Shown here in pieces: positions 20,432 to 35,263 of a stretch of DNA of 64,000 bases (positions within the stretch are counted from its first letter, which is position 1; every line of letters starts with the position of its first letter). Made by a program: the position numbers and the translations under genes. Under the pieces are notes generated by a model. It did no database searches. It saw nothing but the letters and a program-made list of their open reading frames with translations, and had not been told where the DNA came from. Source of the stretch: Cellvibrionales bacterium UBA4451 (lineage in GTDB: Bacteria > Pseudomonadota > Gammaproteobacteria > Pseudomonadales > Porticoccaceae); assembly GCA_002390285.1 (NCBI GenBank), contig DGPB01000009.1:89454-153453 (forward strand), written 5' to 3'.

Positions 20432-22330
20432 CTATGACATGCCCTCAAATAGTAGTTGGTTTAAACGCTTAACGAACAGGGCGGGATTGTCCAGTTGTTC
20501 TCCAGCCGAGAGTACCGCCTGATCGTATAATAGCTCAGCCAATTCAGCCGATTTTTCATCACCGGTCTCTTCACCGAGTTTTGCTACTAGCGGGTGAGTG
20601 AGATTCACTTCCAGCACAGGCTTATCTTCAGGAACGGGCTGACCTGCGGCCTCCATCATCTTGCGCATTTGGGGACTTAACGCATGTTCGGCATAGACGA
20701 GACAAGCTGGTGAATCAGTTAGTCTTCGGGTTTCGCGAACGCTGTCAACGCGACCATTCAGGCAGGTCGTAATTTTTTCCATGACATTAGAGGCTGATTC
20801 AGAATCAGTTTCATCATCCTTCTCAGTCTTGCCCAAAACGGACTCATCGAGCTCACCCTTGGTGATATCTTGTAACTGTTTACCATCAAATTCATAAAGG
20901 TGGGAGAGCGTCCACTCATCCAGGCGTTCAGTGAGTAACAGAACTTCGATGCCCTGTTTTTGGAATATTTCAAGGTAAGCACTGTTGCGGGCTGCCGTCA
21001 GACTATCAGCTACTAGATAGTAAATTTTATCCTGATCCTCTTTCATTCGAGAGATATAGTCAGCGAAAGAAGCTGACGGCACATCGCCCTCAGTTTTTGT
21101 GCTCGAATAGCGGAACAAGCCGCCAATACGCTCACGATTTGCAAAATCCTCAGCTGGGCCTTCTTTTAGAACAGCACCAAATTCCGTCCAGAAAATGGTG
21201 TAATCATCCGGCGATTCCTTCGCCATTTTCTCCAACATATCCAGCACTCGTTTCACCAATGCGCTACGGATACTATCAACCGCAGGGCTACCTTGAAGAA
21301 TTTCTCGGGAGACGTTCAGTGGCAGGTCGCTGGAATCAAGAACACCTTTAATAAAACGTAGATATAGAGGCAAGAACTGCGATGCACTATCCATGATAAA
21401 GGTACGCTGGATATACAACTTCAACCCTCGAGACACCTCTCGATTTTGAAGGTCGAAAGGTGCATGGCTAGGTATATAGAGGAGACTGGTATAATCAAGC
21501 TTGCCTTCTACACGGTTATGACTCCACGTCAGAGGATCTTCGAAATCATGGGATACATGCTTGTAGAACTCCCTATATTCCTCCTCATTGATATCTTTGC
21601 GTGGGCGGGTCCACAATGCCGTGGCGGTATTGAGAGCCTGATACTCGTCAACGCCCTTCTCTTGATCTTCACCTTCCTCGTCATGCTCTGTAGACAGTTT
21701 TTTAATCTCAATCGGGACGGCAATGTGATCTGAGTATTTCTTAATCGTGCTTCGAACCCGCAAATCGTTAGCGAACTCTTCCGCTTCTTCTTTTAAATAA
21801 AGAATAATAGTGGTGCCACGGTCGGCTTTTTCAATATCCTCAATCGTGTATTCCGCTTCTCCTTCACAGGTCCAGCGAACAGCTTGATCTGCAGGTAATC
21901 CAGCTCTACGGGTTTCCACAACCACCTTATCTGCAACGATAAAGGCAGAATAGAAACCTACGCCAAATTGCCCAATAAGCTGAGAATCTTTCTTCTGGTC
22001 ACCACTTAGCCCCTCAAGAAATTGAGATGTGCCTGATTTGGCAATGGTACCCAAATGTTCAATGGCTTCCTCGCGGGACATACCAATGCCATTGTCATGA
22101 ATGGTAATGGTACGAGCGGCAATATCCGCATCAATGCGTACACGAAGGTCTGGGGCATCTTCGTACAGAGCTGAATCAGCCAGCGCCTCAAAGCGGAGTT
22201 TATCTACCGCATCGGATGCGTTAGAGATCAGTTCTCTCAGAAAGATCTCTTTATTACTGTACAGCGAATGAATCATTAGATGCAGAAGCTGCTTTGCTTC
22301 TGTTTGAAAACCAAGGGTTTCGGTAGTCAT
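20432..22330 (-). CDS. htpG: Chaperone HtpG (Hsp90)
   Basis: YSNKEIFLRELISNASDA, DNGIGM, IGQFGVGFYSAF motifs. Confidence 0.98.
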   Translation of the reverse strand: MTTETLGFQTEAKQLLHLMIHSLYSNKEIFLRELISNASDAVDKLRFEALADSALYEDAPDLRVRIDADIAARTITIHDNGIGMSREEAIEHLGTIAKSGTSQFLEGLSGDQKKDSQLIGQFGVGFYSAFIVADKVVVETRRAGLPADQAVRWTCEGEAEYTIEDIEKADRGTTIILYLKEEAEEFANDLRVRSTIKKYSDHIAVPIEIKKLSTEHDEEGEDQEKGVDEYQALNTATALWTRPRKDINEEEYREFYKHVSHDFEDPLTWSHNRVEGKLDYTSLLYIPSHAPFDLQNREVSRGLKLYIQRTFIMDSASQFLPLYLRFIKGVLDSSDLPLNVSREILQGSPAVDSIRSALVKRVLDMLEKMAKESPDDYTIFWTEFGAVLKEGPAEDFANRERIGGLFRYSSTKTEGDVPSASFADYISRMKEDQDKIYYLVADSLTAARNSAYLEIFQKQGIEVLLLTERLDEWTLSHLYEFDGKQLQDITKGELDESVLGKTEKDDETDSESASNVMEKITTCLNGRVDSVRETRRLTDSPACLVYAEHALSPQMRKMMEAAGQPVPEDKPVLEVNLTHPLVAKLGEETGDEKSAELAELLYDQAVLSAGEQLDNPALFVKRLNQLLFEGMS

Positions 22331-22373
22331 CGGTATTGTCTCTCCAATCTCTTATTAAAACACTGGTAGGAAG

Positions 22374-22399
22374 GTGGGGCTGAATGACTGTATTTCAAG
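22374..22399 (-). promoter_or_regulatory. Sigma32 heat-shock promoter of htpG
   Basis: CTTGAAA-N13-CCCCAC on minus strand. Confidence 0.75.
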
Positions 22400-22475
22400 C
22401 GTTAGTATAAAAAAACTGGGTGATTAAATTTGTCGGGGCTTATTTCTGTCATAAAACGGGCCTGATTTCTGCCAT

Positions 22476-22506
22476 AAAAAAAGGGCGACCAAATGGTCGC
22501 CCTTTT
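22476..22506. terminator. Rho-independent terminator after sucD
   Basis: AAAAAAAGGGCGACC-AAAT-GGTCGCCCTTTT. Confidence 0.88.
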
Positions 22507-22523
22507 GATTGAGGATTCCAGCT

Positions 22524-23396
22524 TTACCAGCCAGTGATCTCCTTCAACCCATTACCGATATCAGCCAGGCTGCGAACAGTTTTAACACCGGCATCTTCCA
22601 ATGCGGCAAACTTCTCTTCAGCTGTGCCTTTACCGCCAGAAATAATGGCACCAGCATGGCCCATACGTTTACCCGCAGGTGCGGTAACGCCGGCTATATA
22701 GGAAACTACCGGTTTGGAGACATTGTCCTTAATAAAGGCTGCGGCCTCTTCTTCAGCAGTACCACCAATCTCACCAATCATGACGATAGCCTCTGTAGCT
22801 GGGTCATTCTCAAACATGGTAAGAATATCAATGAAGTTGGAGCCTGGTATGGGATCGCCACCGATACCAACACAGGTGGACTGACCAAAACCATAATCAG
22901 TGGTTTGTTTAACGGCTTCATAGGTCAGAGTGCCAGAACGAGAAACAATGCCAACCTTGCCTGGCAAATGAATATGACCAGGCATAATACCGATTTTACA
23001 TTCCCCTGGTGTTATGACGCCTGGACAGTTTGGTCCGATTAGGCGCACACTCAATTCATCACATTTGACCTTACACGTAAGCATGTCTAGGGTAGGAACA
23101 CCTTCGGTAATACAAACAATCAGTTTGATACCGGCATTAGCAGCTTCAAGTATGGAATCCATACAGAAAGGGGCAGGGACATAGATCACTGATGCTTCTG
23201 CACCGGTTGCCGCTACAGCATCAGCTACGGTATTAAATACGGGCAATCCAAGGTGAGTACTTCCACCTTTACCTGGTGTCACGCCGCCAACCATTTTCGT
23301 ACCGTATTCGATAGCCTGTTCAGAGTGAAAGGTGCCCTGCCCGCCAGTAAAGCCCTGGCAGATAACTTTAGTATCTTTATTTATCAGGATAGCCAT
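22524..23396 (-). CDS. sucD: Succinyl-CoA synthetase alpha subunit
   Basis: [27 protein letters not shown]. Confidence 0.98.
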   Translation of the reverse strand: MAILINKDTKVICQGFTGGQGTFHSEQAIEYGTKMVGGVTPGKGGSTHLGLPVFNTVADAVAATGAEASVIYVPAPFCMDSILEAANAGIKLIVCITEGVPTLDMLTCKVKCDELSVRLIGPNCPGVITPGECKIGIMPGHIHLPGKVGIVSRSGTLTYEAVKQTTDYGFGQSTCVGIGGDPIPGSNFIDILTMFENDPATEAIVMIGEIGGTAEEEAAAFIKDNVSKPVVSYIAGVTAPAGKRMGHAGAIISGGKGTAEEKFAALEDAGVKTVRSLADIGNGLKEITGW

Positions 23397-24565
23397 TACT
23401 TGTTGCCCTCCGCTGCTTTAACCACTTGCTGAGCGCCGTCTGTCAGGCTAGTTGCTGCAATAATATTCAATCCACTGTCTGCTAGGAGTTTGGTGCCGAG
23501 TTCTGCATTGTTACCTTCGAGTCTAACAACTACAGGCACGTCAACACCTACTTCTTGCACAGCGCCAATCACACCTTCAGCAATCAGGTCACAACGGACA
23601 ATGCCACCAAAAATATTAATAAACACAGCTTTAACTTTGTCATCTGAAAGGATGATCTTGAACGCTTCAACAACGCGTTCTTTGGTGGCGCCACCGCCCA
23701 CATCAAGGAAGTTCGCTGGATCACCACCGTGGAGCTTAACGATATCCATCGTACCCATAGCTAAGCCAGCACCATTGACCATACAGCCAATATTGCCATC
23801 TAGTGCCACATAATTAAGGTCCCACTGAGCCGCATGTGCTTCTCTAGCATCATCCTGTGATGGGTCATGCATCTCACGCAGCTTAGGCTGACGATAGAGC
23901 GCATTTCCATCAATATTGATCTTGCCATCAAGACAGTGGAGATCGCCGTCAGTGGTGATAACCAATGGATTAATTTCTAGCAGAGCCAAATCAAAATCAT
24001 GGAATAGTTTTGCCAAGCCAAGGAATAGTTTGGTGAACTGCTTGATTTGCTTAGGATTCAAACCCAACTTGAAGGCCAGCTCCCGCGCCTGGTATGGCTG
24101 AGCGCCTGTCAGGGGATCAATGGTAGACTTAAGAATTTTTTCAGGTGTTTCTTCTGCCACTTTCTCAATTTCTACGCCGCCTTCGGTCGAGGCCATAAAA
24201 ACGACTCGACGAGTGGATCGATCAATAACAGCACCCAGGTAAAGCTCTTGGTCAATATCACTACAGGGTTCTACGAGGATTCGGCTGACGGGTTGACCGC
24301 CAGCATCTGTTTGATATGTTACTAGGCGAGTTCCAAGCCACTGACGAGAAAATGCTTCAATCTCAGCCTTTGACGTTACCAGTTTGACGCCACCTGCTTT
24401 ACCGCGGCCACCTGCGTGAACCTGAGCCTTAACAACCCAGCGATCACCTCCGATAACATCAGCAGCAGCAATTGCTTCTTGAACAGTTTCTGCAGCCACA
24501 CCTTCCGATACGGGAAGTCCGTATTCAGCAAAAAGCTGCTTTGCCTGATATTCATGTAGGTTCAT
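23396..24565 (-). CDS. sucC: Succinyl-CoA synthetase beta subunit
   Basis: [30 protein letters not shown]. Confidence 0.98.
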   Translation of the reverse strand: MNLHEYQAKQLFAEYGLPVSEGVAAETVQEAIAAADVIGGDRWVVKAQVHAGGRGKAGGVKLVTSKAEIEAFSRQWLGTRLVTYQTDAGGQPVSRILVEPCSDIDQELYLGAVIDRSTRRVVFMASTEGGVEIEKVAEETPEKILKSTIDPLTGAQPYQARELAFKLGLNPKQIKQFTKLFLGLAKLFHDFDLALLEINPLVITTDGDLHCLDGKINIDGNALYRQPKLREMHDPSQDDAREAHAAQWDLNYVALDGNIGCMVNGAGLAMGTMDIVKLHGGDPANFLDVGGGATKERVVEAFKIILSDDKVKAVFINIFGGIVRCDLIAEGVIGAVQEVGVDVPVVVRLEGNNAELGTKLLADSGLNIIAATSLTDGAQQVVKAAEGNK

Positions 24566-24650
24566 AGTGATTCCTGTTTGCTGAACTTATTGAATCGATA
24601 TAGGAAAAATCTTCCGGTCCAGCGGTACTTGGGAGCTTCCTGAAGCGCAA

Positions 24651-27328
<2,678 letters not shown>

Positions 27329-27370
27329 TTTTTTCGTTTCCTTGGTCAAGGATGGCTGCTTTGCCGCCAC

Positions 27371-30202
27371 TTAAAAACTCAATGCTTCATTAATAAATTT
27401 TTCTTGTTCTTCCAAATGGAGCGACATATAACCCGAGGCAGGTGCCGCTGAAGCTTCACGTCCCACATAACGCAATTCAAGATCATCTTTGAATTCGGCT
27501 AGAACTCGGCGCATGTGGTGTTGACTGCTATACCATGCCCCCTGATTAATCGGTTCTTCTTGACACCAGATAACCTCTTCGAGACTGCTATAAGAATTAA
27601 ATATCTCAAGTAGTACATCATCAGGGAATGGGTATAGCTGCTCGATCCGCACTAGGGCAATATCATCAATACCCCTTTCCTGACGGGCTTCATAGAGGTG
27701 ATAGTAAACTTTACCAGAACAGAGGACTAATCGGCGGGCCTTGGAGCTATCGACGTCATTATCTTGTATGACATTCAAAAATTCGCCATTAGCGAGATCT
27801 TCCAGCGATGAAGTAGCCAGCTTGTGACGTAAAATCCATTTGGGACTCATCACCACCAATGGACGACGCATGGGTCGAATAGCCTGACGACGCAGCATAT
27901 GGTAAACCTGTGCCGGCGTTGTGGGGATGCAAACCTGAATATTATGCTCAGCACAAAGTTGCAGAAAGCGCTCAAGTCGTGCTGAGGAGTGCTCCGGACC
28001 CTGGCCTTCATAACCATGTGGCAACAACATAGTGAGGCCACACATGCGCCCCCACTTATGCTCACCACTGGTAATAAACTGGTCGATAACTACCTGTGCA
28101 CCATTGGCAAAATCACCGAATTGCGCTTCCCAAATAACGAGGCCAGCCGGCGCTGTCGATGCGTAACCATACTCAAAACCTAAAACAGCCTCTTCTGAGA
28201 GGAAAGAATCGTATAGTTCAAATGCGGGTTGATTCTCTGACATAGCGCCGAGAGGAGTATAGCTCTGACCATCACGTTGATTGTAAACCACAGCATGGCG
28301 GTGAGAGAACGTGCCACGGCCAATGTCCTGGCCCGTCATACGAATAGGATAACCCTGTTCAATCAATGTGCCATACGCCAACAATTCTGCCATCCCCCAG
28401 TTCAGGGGAAGCGCACCACCCGCCATTTTACGGCGGTCTTCATAAATTTTTTCTACCTGACGCTGAACGACAATCCCCTCAGGAATATGATTGATTTTTT
28501 CAGCAACCTCCTGAAGTTTGATCATCGGGTATGACGTATCTCCAGAGGTTGTCCAATCATGCTCAAGGTAAGGTGTCCAATCAACAAATGGAGCCTGATC
28601 TGGCTCAGACACCAGTTTGTTAACTACGTTTTCACCACGATCAAGTGTATTTCTATACTCAGACAACAAGCTATCAGCTTCGACTTGACTGATAATCCCT
28701 TCAGTAATGAGTTTGTCGGCGTAGAGAGCCCGAGTAGTCTTAAGCTTTTTGATCACTTGATACATGAGTGGCTGAGTCGATGATGGCTCATCTGTTTCGT
28801 TATGACCACGGCGCCGATAGCAGACCAAATCAACCACAATATCTTTTTTGAACTGATAGCGATAATCCATGGCTAGGAAAGTCGCGAACATGACGGCATC
28901 TGGATCATCAGCATTCACATGGATGATAGGTGCCTGTACCATCTTAGCTATATCAGTGCAGTATTCTGAAGAGCGGCTATCCTCTCTTAGATTAGTCGTA
29001 AATCCGACCTGATTGTTTATGACCAGATGCACGGAGCCACCCGTTTTATAGCCACGTATTTGTGACATCTGGAAGGTTTCCATAACCACGCCTTGACCAG
29101 CAAAAGCAGCATCACCGTGTACAACAATCGGTACGACCTTATCACCGTGAGGATCATTTCGACGATCCTGACGTGCTCTGGCTGAACCTTCTGCTACGGG
29201 TGCAGCAATCTCAAGGTGAGAGGGGTTAAACATCAGTGCCAAATGCACTTCCCCGCCTGGGGTCATTACATTAGAGGAGAAACCTTGGTGGTACTTCACA
29301 TCACCAGAGGTGTCGACGTGTCGTCTTCCCTCGAATTCCGCAAAGAGTTCTGCAGGGTTTTTGCCCATGACATTAACCAGCAGGTTTAACCTACCGCGGT
29401 GAGCCATGGTCAATACAATTTCTTTTGCCCCATATTCTCCGGCACGCTCGATCATGCCATCGATCATGGGTATCATCGATTCACTACCTTCAAGCCCAAA
29501 ACGCTTGGTTCCGGGATATTTAGAATCTAAGTGCCGCTCTAGACCCTCTGCAGCAGAGAGACGTTGCAAAATAGACTTGCGTAGTTCGTCGTCATAGACT
29601 GGCTGGGCACGTACACTTTCAAAACGTTGTTGCAACCACTGCTTTTCATTAAAGTCTGTGATGTGCAAAACTTCTACGCCAACATGACGGGAGTATGTTT
29701 CTTCCAGTGCAGAAACAATCTCTTTGAGAGTCGCTTCTTGTTTGCCGATGTATAACATACCACACTGAAATGTGGTATCCAGATCTGCATCAGTGAGTCC
29801 GTGATACGATAGTTCAAGATCAGGGATTGGCTCTCGGATCATAATACCCAATGGATCCAGATCGGCTTTCTGGTGCCCGCGGTCTCGGTGGGCGCTAATC
29901 AGCTGGAGGACTTTGACTTGCTTCCGCTCATGCTCAATATTGACCCCGCCTGAGCCGGGGGCTGAAACAGGCCTAGCTCTACGACGGCCAAGAAGCTCAA
30001 AATGAGACTGTACGGTCGCATGCGATACATCTGTACCACTGTGGCCATTGGCTCTGGGGAGCGAATCAAAAAATGAGCGCCACTCATCGGACACACCATT
30101 TGGATCATGAAGGTACGTTTCGTACAGATCTTCAATATAAGCGGCATTCCCGCTCGATAAATGAGAGGTCCGCAAAAATTGCTGCATGATGCTTTCAGGC
30201 AT
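27371..30202 (-). CDS. sucA: 2-oxoglutarate dehydrogenase E1
   Basis: HGDAAFAGQGV, WEAQFGDF, LLPHGYEGQGPEHSS. Confidence 0.98.
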   Translation of the reverse strand: MPESIMQQFLRTSHLSSGNAAYIEDLYETYLHDPNGVSDEWRSFFDSLPRANGHSGTDVSHATVQSHFELLGRRRARPVSAPGSGGVNIEHERKQVKVLQLISAHRDRGHQKADLDPLGIMIREPIPDLELSYHGLTDADLDTTFQCGMLYIGKQEATLKEIVSALEETYSRHVGVEVLHITDFNEKQWLQQRFESVRAQPVYDDELRKSILQRLSAAEGLERHLDSKYPGTKRFGLEGSESMIPMIDGMIERAGEYGAKEIVLTMAHRGRLNLLVNVMGKNPAELFAEFEGRRHVDTSGDVKYHQGFSSNVMTPGGEVHLALMFNPSHLEIAAPVAEGSARARQDRRNDPHGDKVVPIVVHGDAAFAGQGVVMETFQMSQIRGYKTGGSVHLVINNQVGFTTNLREDSRSSEYCTDIAKMVQAPIIHVNADDPDAVMFATFLAMDYRYQFKKDIVVDLVCYRRRGHNETDEPSSTQPLMYQVIKKLKTTRALYADKLITEGIISQVEADSLLSEYRNTLDRGENVVNKLVSEPDQAPFVDWTPYLEHDWTTSGDTSYPMIKLQEVAEKINHIPEGIVVQRQVEKIYEDRRKMAGGALPLNWGMAELLAYGTLIEQGYPIRMTGQDIGRGTFSHRHAVVYNQRDGQSYTPLGAMSENQPAFELYDSFLSEEAVLGFEYGYASTAPAGLVIWEAQFGDFANGAQVVIDQFITSGEHKWGRMCGLTMLLPHGYEGQGPEHSSARLERFLQLCAEHNIQVCIPTTPAQVYHMLRRQAIRPMRRPLVVMSPKWILRHKLATSSLEDLANGEFLNVIQDNDVDSSKARRLVLCSGKVYYHLYEARQERGIDDIALVRIEQLYPFPDDVLLEIFNSYSSLEEVIWCQEEPINQGAWYSSQHHMRRVLAEFKDDLELRYVGREASAAPASGYMSLHLEEQEKFINEALSF

Positions 30203-30289
30203 CGAGGTTTTCCCTATAATTTAGATACAGAATCATCAAAGCCCCCTATTAAAAATAGAGGGCCCGATAGCTTGTACTTGAGCACTTTA

Positions 30290-30994
30290 TTAAGTAGCAC
30301 TTCTCAACAACATATTACGAATATGACCAATGGCTTTTGTTGGGTTCAAACCTTTCGGACAAACTGCAACACAGTTCTGAATACCGTGACAACGGAACAC
30401 GCTGAATGGATCATCGAGTTTTGCCAAACGGTTTTCAGTATCGGTATCACGACTATCCACCAAGAAGCGGTATGCCTGAAGCAAACCGGCTGGACCAATA
30501 AACTTGTCAGGATTCCACCAGAATGATGGGCAGGCTGTTGAACAGCATGCGCAAAGAATACATTCGTAGAGACCATCCAACTTTTCCCGCTCTTCTGGAG
30601 ACTGCAGTCGCTCTATGGCAGGTGCGGGCTCGTTATTAACCAAATAGGGTTGGATTTTTTCATACTGGGCGTAGAACTGGCTCATATCAATCACCAGGTC
30701 TCGAATAACCGGCAAACCTGGCAGTGGGCGTAGTATCAATTTTCCACCTTTCACACATTCAGACAGAGGCTTAATACAAGCTAGCCCATTCTTGCCATTA
30801 ATATTCATTCCATCGGAACCACACACGCCTTCACGGCAAGATCGTCGATAGGACAGAGAGGCATCCTGAGCCTTTAGGAGCTCCAAAACATCAAGCACCA
30901 TCAGATCTTTGCCAGCGGTGTCGATTTCATAATCCTGCATATACGGCGCTTCGTCCGTTTCAGGGTTGTAACGATAAACACTTACTTTCAACAT
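30290..30994 (-). CDS. sdhB: Succinate dehydrogenase Fe-S subunit
   Basis: SCREGVCGSDG, CILCACCSTACP, CHGIQNC. Confidence 0.98.
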   Translation of the reverse strand: MLKVSVYRYNPETDEAPYMQDYEIDTAGKDLMVLDVLELLKAQDASLSYRRSCREGVCGSDGMNINGKNGLACIKPLSECVKGGKLILRPLPGLPVIRDLVIDMSQFYAQYEKIQPYLVNNEPAPAIERLQSPEEREKLDGLYECILCACCSTACPSFWWNPDKFIGPAGLLQAYRFLVDSRDTDTENRLAKLDDPFSVFRCHGIQNCVAVCPKGLNPTKAIGHIRNMLLRSAT

Positions 30995-31011
30995 GGCTCA
31001 ACAGACCCTTA

Positions 31012-32790
31012 TTAGTAGACACGAGCTTTCGGTGCGAAGGCTTCCATAGTCTTGGGTGAAAAGTTTACATCACGCTTGCCAACACTCTTATCTGTTGGGA
31101 AATACATGGAGTGACACAACCAATTCACGTCATCGCGATCAGCGTAGTCATCTCGTGCGTGAGCACCGCGGCTTTCTTTACGCTCTTCTGCAGTAATGGC
31201 TGTCGCTTCTGCTACTTCTAGAAGATTTTGTAATTCCAGCGCTTCAATACGAGCTGTATTGTAGGCATTACTCTTATCGTCTAAGCGTACATTTTCGATA
31301 CGTGGGCGAAGTGCTGCAAGCTTCTTGATACCTTCCTGCATCAAATCACCACGACGGAATACACCAAAATATTTCTGCATAATGTCTTGTAGTTCGGCAC
31401 GGAGTTCTGCCGAACCTTCACCATCATTAGTACTGTTATTAATGCGGTTAAGGCCTGACATGGCAATATTGATATGCTCTTCAGTAGGCTCCTGGAGGTC
31501 AATCCCTTCACGAAGAGATTTCTCGATAAATAAACCAGAAGCACGGCCAAATACCACAAGATCCAGTAGTGAGTTACCACCCAGGCGGTTAGCGCCGTGA
31601 ACGGAAACACAGGCTGCTTCACCACAGGCGAATAGGCCCTCAATTACGTCATGGTTGCCCTCGGCATCAAGGGTTAGCGCTTGGCCATCCACGTTGGTGG
31701 GAATACCACCCATCATATAGTGGCAAGTCGGCACTACAGGAATGGGATCCGTTACTGGGTCAACATGAGCAAAGGTCCGCGACAGTTCACAGATACCAGG
31801 TAAGCGACTTTCCAGCACTTCCTCACCCAGATGGTCCAGCTTCAGATAGACATAGTCACCATTGGGGCCACAACCGCGACCATCAAGAATTTCGAGCACC
31901 ATGGAACGGGCCACCACGTCGCGGCCCGCCAAATCCTTGGCGTTGGGAGCGTAACGCTCCATGAAGCGCTCGCCATCCTTGTTGACGAGATAGCCACCTT
32001 CACCTCGACAGCCTTCCGTCACCAAGGTACCAGCACCGGCAATACCGGTGGGGTGGAATTGCCACATTTCGATATCCTGCACCGGGAAGCCGGCACGTAG
32101 CGCCATGCCAATACCGTCGCCAGTGTTAATGTGGGCGTTAGTGGTTGAGGCATAAATTCGACCGGCACCACCAGTGGCAATTACAGTGGCCTTCGATTTA
32201 ACATAAACCGTTTCACCGGTTTCAATGTTGATCGCGATAACGCCAACGACGGCATTGTCGGCATTTTTTACCAGATCAACGGCAAACCACTCATTGAAAA
32301 ATACGGTATTGTTCTTAATGTTGTTTTGGTAGAGCGTATGCAGCAGTGCATGGCCTGTTCGGTCAGCCGCTGCACAAGTGCGTGACGCTTGGCCACCTTC
32401 ACCGAAATTCTTGGACTGACCACCAAAAGGACGCTGATAAATACGTCCTTCTTCAGTGCGAGAGAAAGGCAACCCCATGTGCTCGAGCTCAAAGACCGCT
32501 TCAGGGCCTACAGAACACATGTACTCAATAGCGTCTTGGTCACCGATATAATCAGAACCTTTGACGGTGTCGTACATATGCCAACGCCAATCATCATTGG
32601 GGTCATCACTGGCTATCGCGCAGGTAATACCCCCTTGAGCGGACACTGTGTGTGAGCGGGTTGGAAACACCTTGGTGATGACGGCCGTCTTGTAACCGGA
32701 CTGAGCCAGTTGCAGGGCTGCTCGCATACCGGCACCACCGCCACCGACAATTAGCCCATCGAAGGAAATGGTTCTTATACTATTACTCAT
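31012..32790 (-). CDS. sdhA: Succinate dehydrogenase flavoprotein
   Basis: [10 protein letters not shown] (covalent FAD His), [17 protein letters not shown]. Confidence 0.98.
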   Translation of the reverse strand: MSNSIRTISFDGLIVGGGGAGMRAALQLAQSGYKTAVITKVFPTRSHTVSAQGGITCAIASDDPNDDWRWHMYDTVKGSDYIGDQDAIEYMCSVGPEAVFELEHMGLPFSRTEEGRIYQRPFGGQSKNFGEGGQASRTCAAADRTGHALLHTLYQNNIKNNTVFFNEWFAVDLVKNADNAVVGVIAINIETGETVYVKSKATVIATGGAGRIYASTTNAHINTGDGIGMALRAGFPVQDIEMWQFHPTGIAGAGTLVTEGCRGEGGYLVNKDGERFMERYAPNAKDLAGRDVVARSMVLEILDGRGCGPNGDYVYLKLDHLGEEVLESRLPGICELSRTFAHVDPVTDPIPVVPTCHYMMGGIPTNVDGQALTLDAEGNHDVIEGLFACGEAACVSVHGANRLGGNSLLDLVVFGRASGLFIEKSLREGIDLQEPTEEHINIAMSGLNRINNSTNDGEGSAELRAELQDIMQKYFGVFRRGDLMQEGIKKLAALRPRIENVRLDDKSNAYNTARIEALELQNLLEVAEATAITAEERKESRGAHARDDYADRDDVNWLCHSMYFPTDKSVGKRDVNFSPKTMEAFAPKARVY

Positions 32791-32794
32791 GGAT

Positions 32795-33163
32795 TCAAAT
32801 CCCCCAAACAATATCAAGTGCCCAGATGAGATATACCAAGTTGATGGTAATCATGCCCAGCTGGAAAAAAATTCGCAGTGGAGTCGCTTTCGGCCCCAAT
32901 AGACGAACAGTCACATAATCAGTGAGTACTGCCCACAGTCCAATCCATGCGTGTATCGCAATAGACACGACCGTCAACACATTTAAGACTTTCATAGAGA
33001 TATGGCTATTTAGTGCAAGCCATTGGCCGTAATCCATATCAGGGTTAGTCAGCAGATAGACCGTAATAAAAACCGTGTATACCGTCATAACAACGGCAGT
33101 TGCGCGCTGTAGAATCCAGTCAGACAGGCCGCTACGACCAAAACTGGTAACGTTAGTTATCAT
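32795..33163 (-). CDS. sdhD: Succinate dehydrogenase hydrophobic anchor
   Basis: [33 protein letters not shown] overlap with sdhC stop. Confidence 0.95.
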   Translation of the reverse strand: MITNVTSFGRSGLSDWILQRATAVVMTVYTVFITVYLLTNPDMDYGQWLALNSHISMKVLNVLTVVSIAIHAWIGLWAVLTDYVTVRLLGPKATPLRIFFQLGMITINLVYLIWALDIVWGI

Positions 33164-33537
33164 GCCCATACCCAGACTCCAGCCAGAACGATAAGTACAG
33201 CAGCAGCAATCAGAGCGATCATCGCGCCAAGGCGGCCTCCTTCAAGTGTTTCGCCAACACCAAAGTCCATCACCAAGTGACGAACACCCGCCACCAAATG
33301 GTAAGCTAGGGCAGCAAGCGAAGCCCAAATAATCAACTGGAAAAAGGTGCTTCCTATGCATTCTTTTATCGCATTGAAGCTTTCTTCAGAAGACAGGCTT
33401 GCATCCAATACCCAGAGAAACACGGCAATCGCAGCAAATAACACGACACCAGAGACTCGGTGAAGAATGGATACATATGACGTTATTGGAAGCTGGATTG
33501 TTCCAATATCAAGATTTACAGGTCTTTTCTTGTTCAC
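33160..33537 (-). CDS. sdhC: Succinate dehydrogenase cytochrome b556
   Basis: RPVNLD, SILHRVSG, YHLVAGVRHL. Confidence 0.96.
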   Translation of the reverse strand: MNKKRPVNLDIGTIQLPITSYVSILHRVSGVVLFAAIAVFLWVLDASLSSEESFNAIKECIGSTFFQLIIWASLAALAYHLVAGVRHLVMDFGVGETLEGGRLGAMIALIAAAVLIVLAGVWVWA

Positions 33538-33628
33538 GGATACACCCTATATCTGCACAGCAAGCAGAGATAAAAACTGGTGGGGATCAACAGCCATCGC
33601 AGGCATGTCGGGCTTAAATAGGCCGCAA

Positions 33629-33657
33629 ATTATAGAAACATTGCGCAATGATTACAA
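33629..33657 (-). promoter_or_regulatory. Sigma70 promoter of the sdh-suc operon
   Basis: TTGTAA-N17-TATAAT on minus strand. Confidence 0.6.
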
Positions 33658-33735
33658 TGGACGAATTGACGGAGGTATAAGGTTTACGGATAGCCGTCAT
33701 TCATTTGATCTATGCGAAGTAATCTCGCAGTAAAA

Positions 33736-33763
33736 TTGACAAATACGCAAAGCAAGTTATAGT
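33736..33763 (+). promoter_or_regulatory. Sigma70 promoter of gltA
   Basis: TTGACA-N16-TATAGT. Confidence 0.65.
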
Positions 33764-33836
33764 TTCCGGCCTGAATTTTTTTAGTTCGTAAGTCAATTGC
33801 TTGTAAAGGCAGATCTAGGACTCGTAGGAGAATCCA

Positions 33837-35114
33837 ATGAGCAACAAGAAATTCCACCTCTCTGAAGAAGGCACAGACACTTCGATAGAGCTACCGGTTC
33901 TAAGCAGCACTCTTGGTCAAGATGTCATCGACATCGCCAGGGTCCCTGAAACAGGGTGCTTCACGTTTGATCCCGGTTTTGGTGCTACAGCCTCTTGTGA
34001 ATCAGCAATCACCTTCATTGATGGGGATAAAGGTGTTCTTTTACACCGTGGCTATCCCATTGAGCAGTTAGCAGCAAATTCTGATTTCCTGGAAACCTGC
34101 TACCTTCTTATTAATGGTGAACTGCCTTCAGATTCAGAGAAGGAAGCATTCGAACAGACCATAAAATCCCACAACAACGTAGAGAGTGCCGTAGAACAAT
34201 TTATGAGTGGCTTCAGTCAGGGCTCCCATCCTATGGCCATGCTTTGTGCTGTTGTTGCTGCTATGTCAGCGACTTACAACGACACTACAGACGTTTCTAA
34301 TGCGGATGACAGAATGCTCACTGTTAACCGACTGATTGCCAAGATGCCTATTTTGGCCGCCATGTGTCACAGACATTTCTCAGGCCTGCCCTATGTGTCG
34401 ACAAACAACGACCTTAGTTATGCTGAAAACTTCCTCAACATGATGTTTGGAACACCGGGTGCTAAGAGCACGGTCAGCCCTGTATTAACTAAAGCAATGG
34501 ATCTGATTTTCCTTCTCCATGCCGATCACGAACAAAATGCGTCCACGTCAACAGTTCGTCTATCAGGTTCTTCTGGCGCAAATCCATACGCCTGTATAGC
34601 GAGTGGAATCGCTGCACTTTGGGGGCCGGCACACGGCGGCGCGAACCAAGCTGTGCTCGAAATGCTAGAAGAAATAGGTGATGAGAAACACATTGATGAG
34701 TTTATTCTTCGCGCCAAGGATAAAGAAGACGGTTTCCGCCTCATGGGCTTTGGACACAGAGTTTACAAAAACTTTGACCCACGCGCTAAAGTGATGAAGG
34801 AAAGCTGTGATGAAGTCCTCGCTGAACTTGGCCTAGAACACGATCCACTGCTGAAAATTGCCAAGCGTCTAGAACAAATTGCACTGGAAGATGAGTACTT
34901 TGTTGAGAAAAAACTCTACCCAAATGTTGATTTCTATTCCGGCATTATCATGAAGGCAATCGGTATTTCTCCCGAAATGTTCACTGTTATCTTTGCCACA
35001 GGCCGCACCGTTGGCTGGATATCTCACTGGAATGAAATGCTGAGCAATCCATACCGAATTGGCCGCCCACGTCAGCGCTATACTGGTTATGCCCAGCGGG
35101 ACTATCCTGCCTAA
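33837..35114 (+). CDS. gltA: Type II citrate synthase
   Basis: [34 protein letters not shown]. Confidence 0.98.
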   Translation: MSNKKFHLSEEGTDTSIELPVLSSTLGQDVIDIARVPETGCFTFDPGFGATASCESAITFIDGDKGVLLHRGYPIEQLAANSDFLETCYLLINGELPSDSEKEAFEQTIKSHNNVESAVEQFMSGFSQGSHPMAMLCAVVAAMSATYNDTTDVSNADDRMLTVNRLIAKMPILAAMCHRHFSGLPYVSTNNDLSYAENFLNMMFGTPGAKSTVSPVLTKAMDLIFLLHADHEQNASTSTVRLSGSSGANPYACIASGIAALWGPAHGGANQAVLEMLEEIGDEKHIDEFILRAKDKEDGFRLMGFGHRVYKNFDPRAKVMKESCDEVLAELGLEHDPLLKIAKRLEQIALEDEYFVEKKLYPNVDFYSGIIMKAIGISPEMFTVIFATGRTVGWISHWNEMLSNPYRIGRPRQRYTGYAQRDYPA

Positions 35115-35135
35115 CATTCTGCATTATAAAGAATT

Positions 35136-35170
35136 AAAAAGGCCGCCCTGGTAACAGTGGCGGCGTTTTT
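35136..35170 (+). terminator. Rho-independent terminator after gltA
   Basis: GCCGCC-CTG-GTAA-CAG-T-GGCGGC followed by a T run. Confidence 0.8.
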
Positions 35171-35178
35171 ATTATGGA

Positions 35179-35263
35179 CTTTAACAATCTTATATCGACC
35201 AATGTTCAAATATCTATTGATCCGATGAATATTCCTTTTTCATTAGTGTTGCTCTGTTACGTG
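35179..35263 (-). mobile_element. Degenerate attC-like site after the distal Rap1a gene
   Basis: Minus strand: TAG-CACGTAAC...GTTAAAG. CACGTAAC is the exact complement of GTTACGTG preceding the same gene. Internal L-box pairing is poor. Confidence 0.4.

Noticed and set aside
22442-22479. Direct repeat atttctg(t/c)cataaaa containing CTGTCAT, possible Pho box
   Set aside because: Half-sites are 23 bp apart rather than 11 and lie between a terminator and the htpG promoter.
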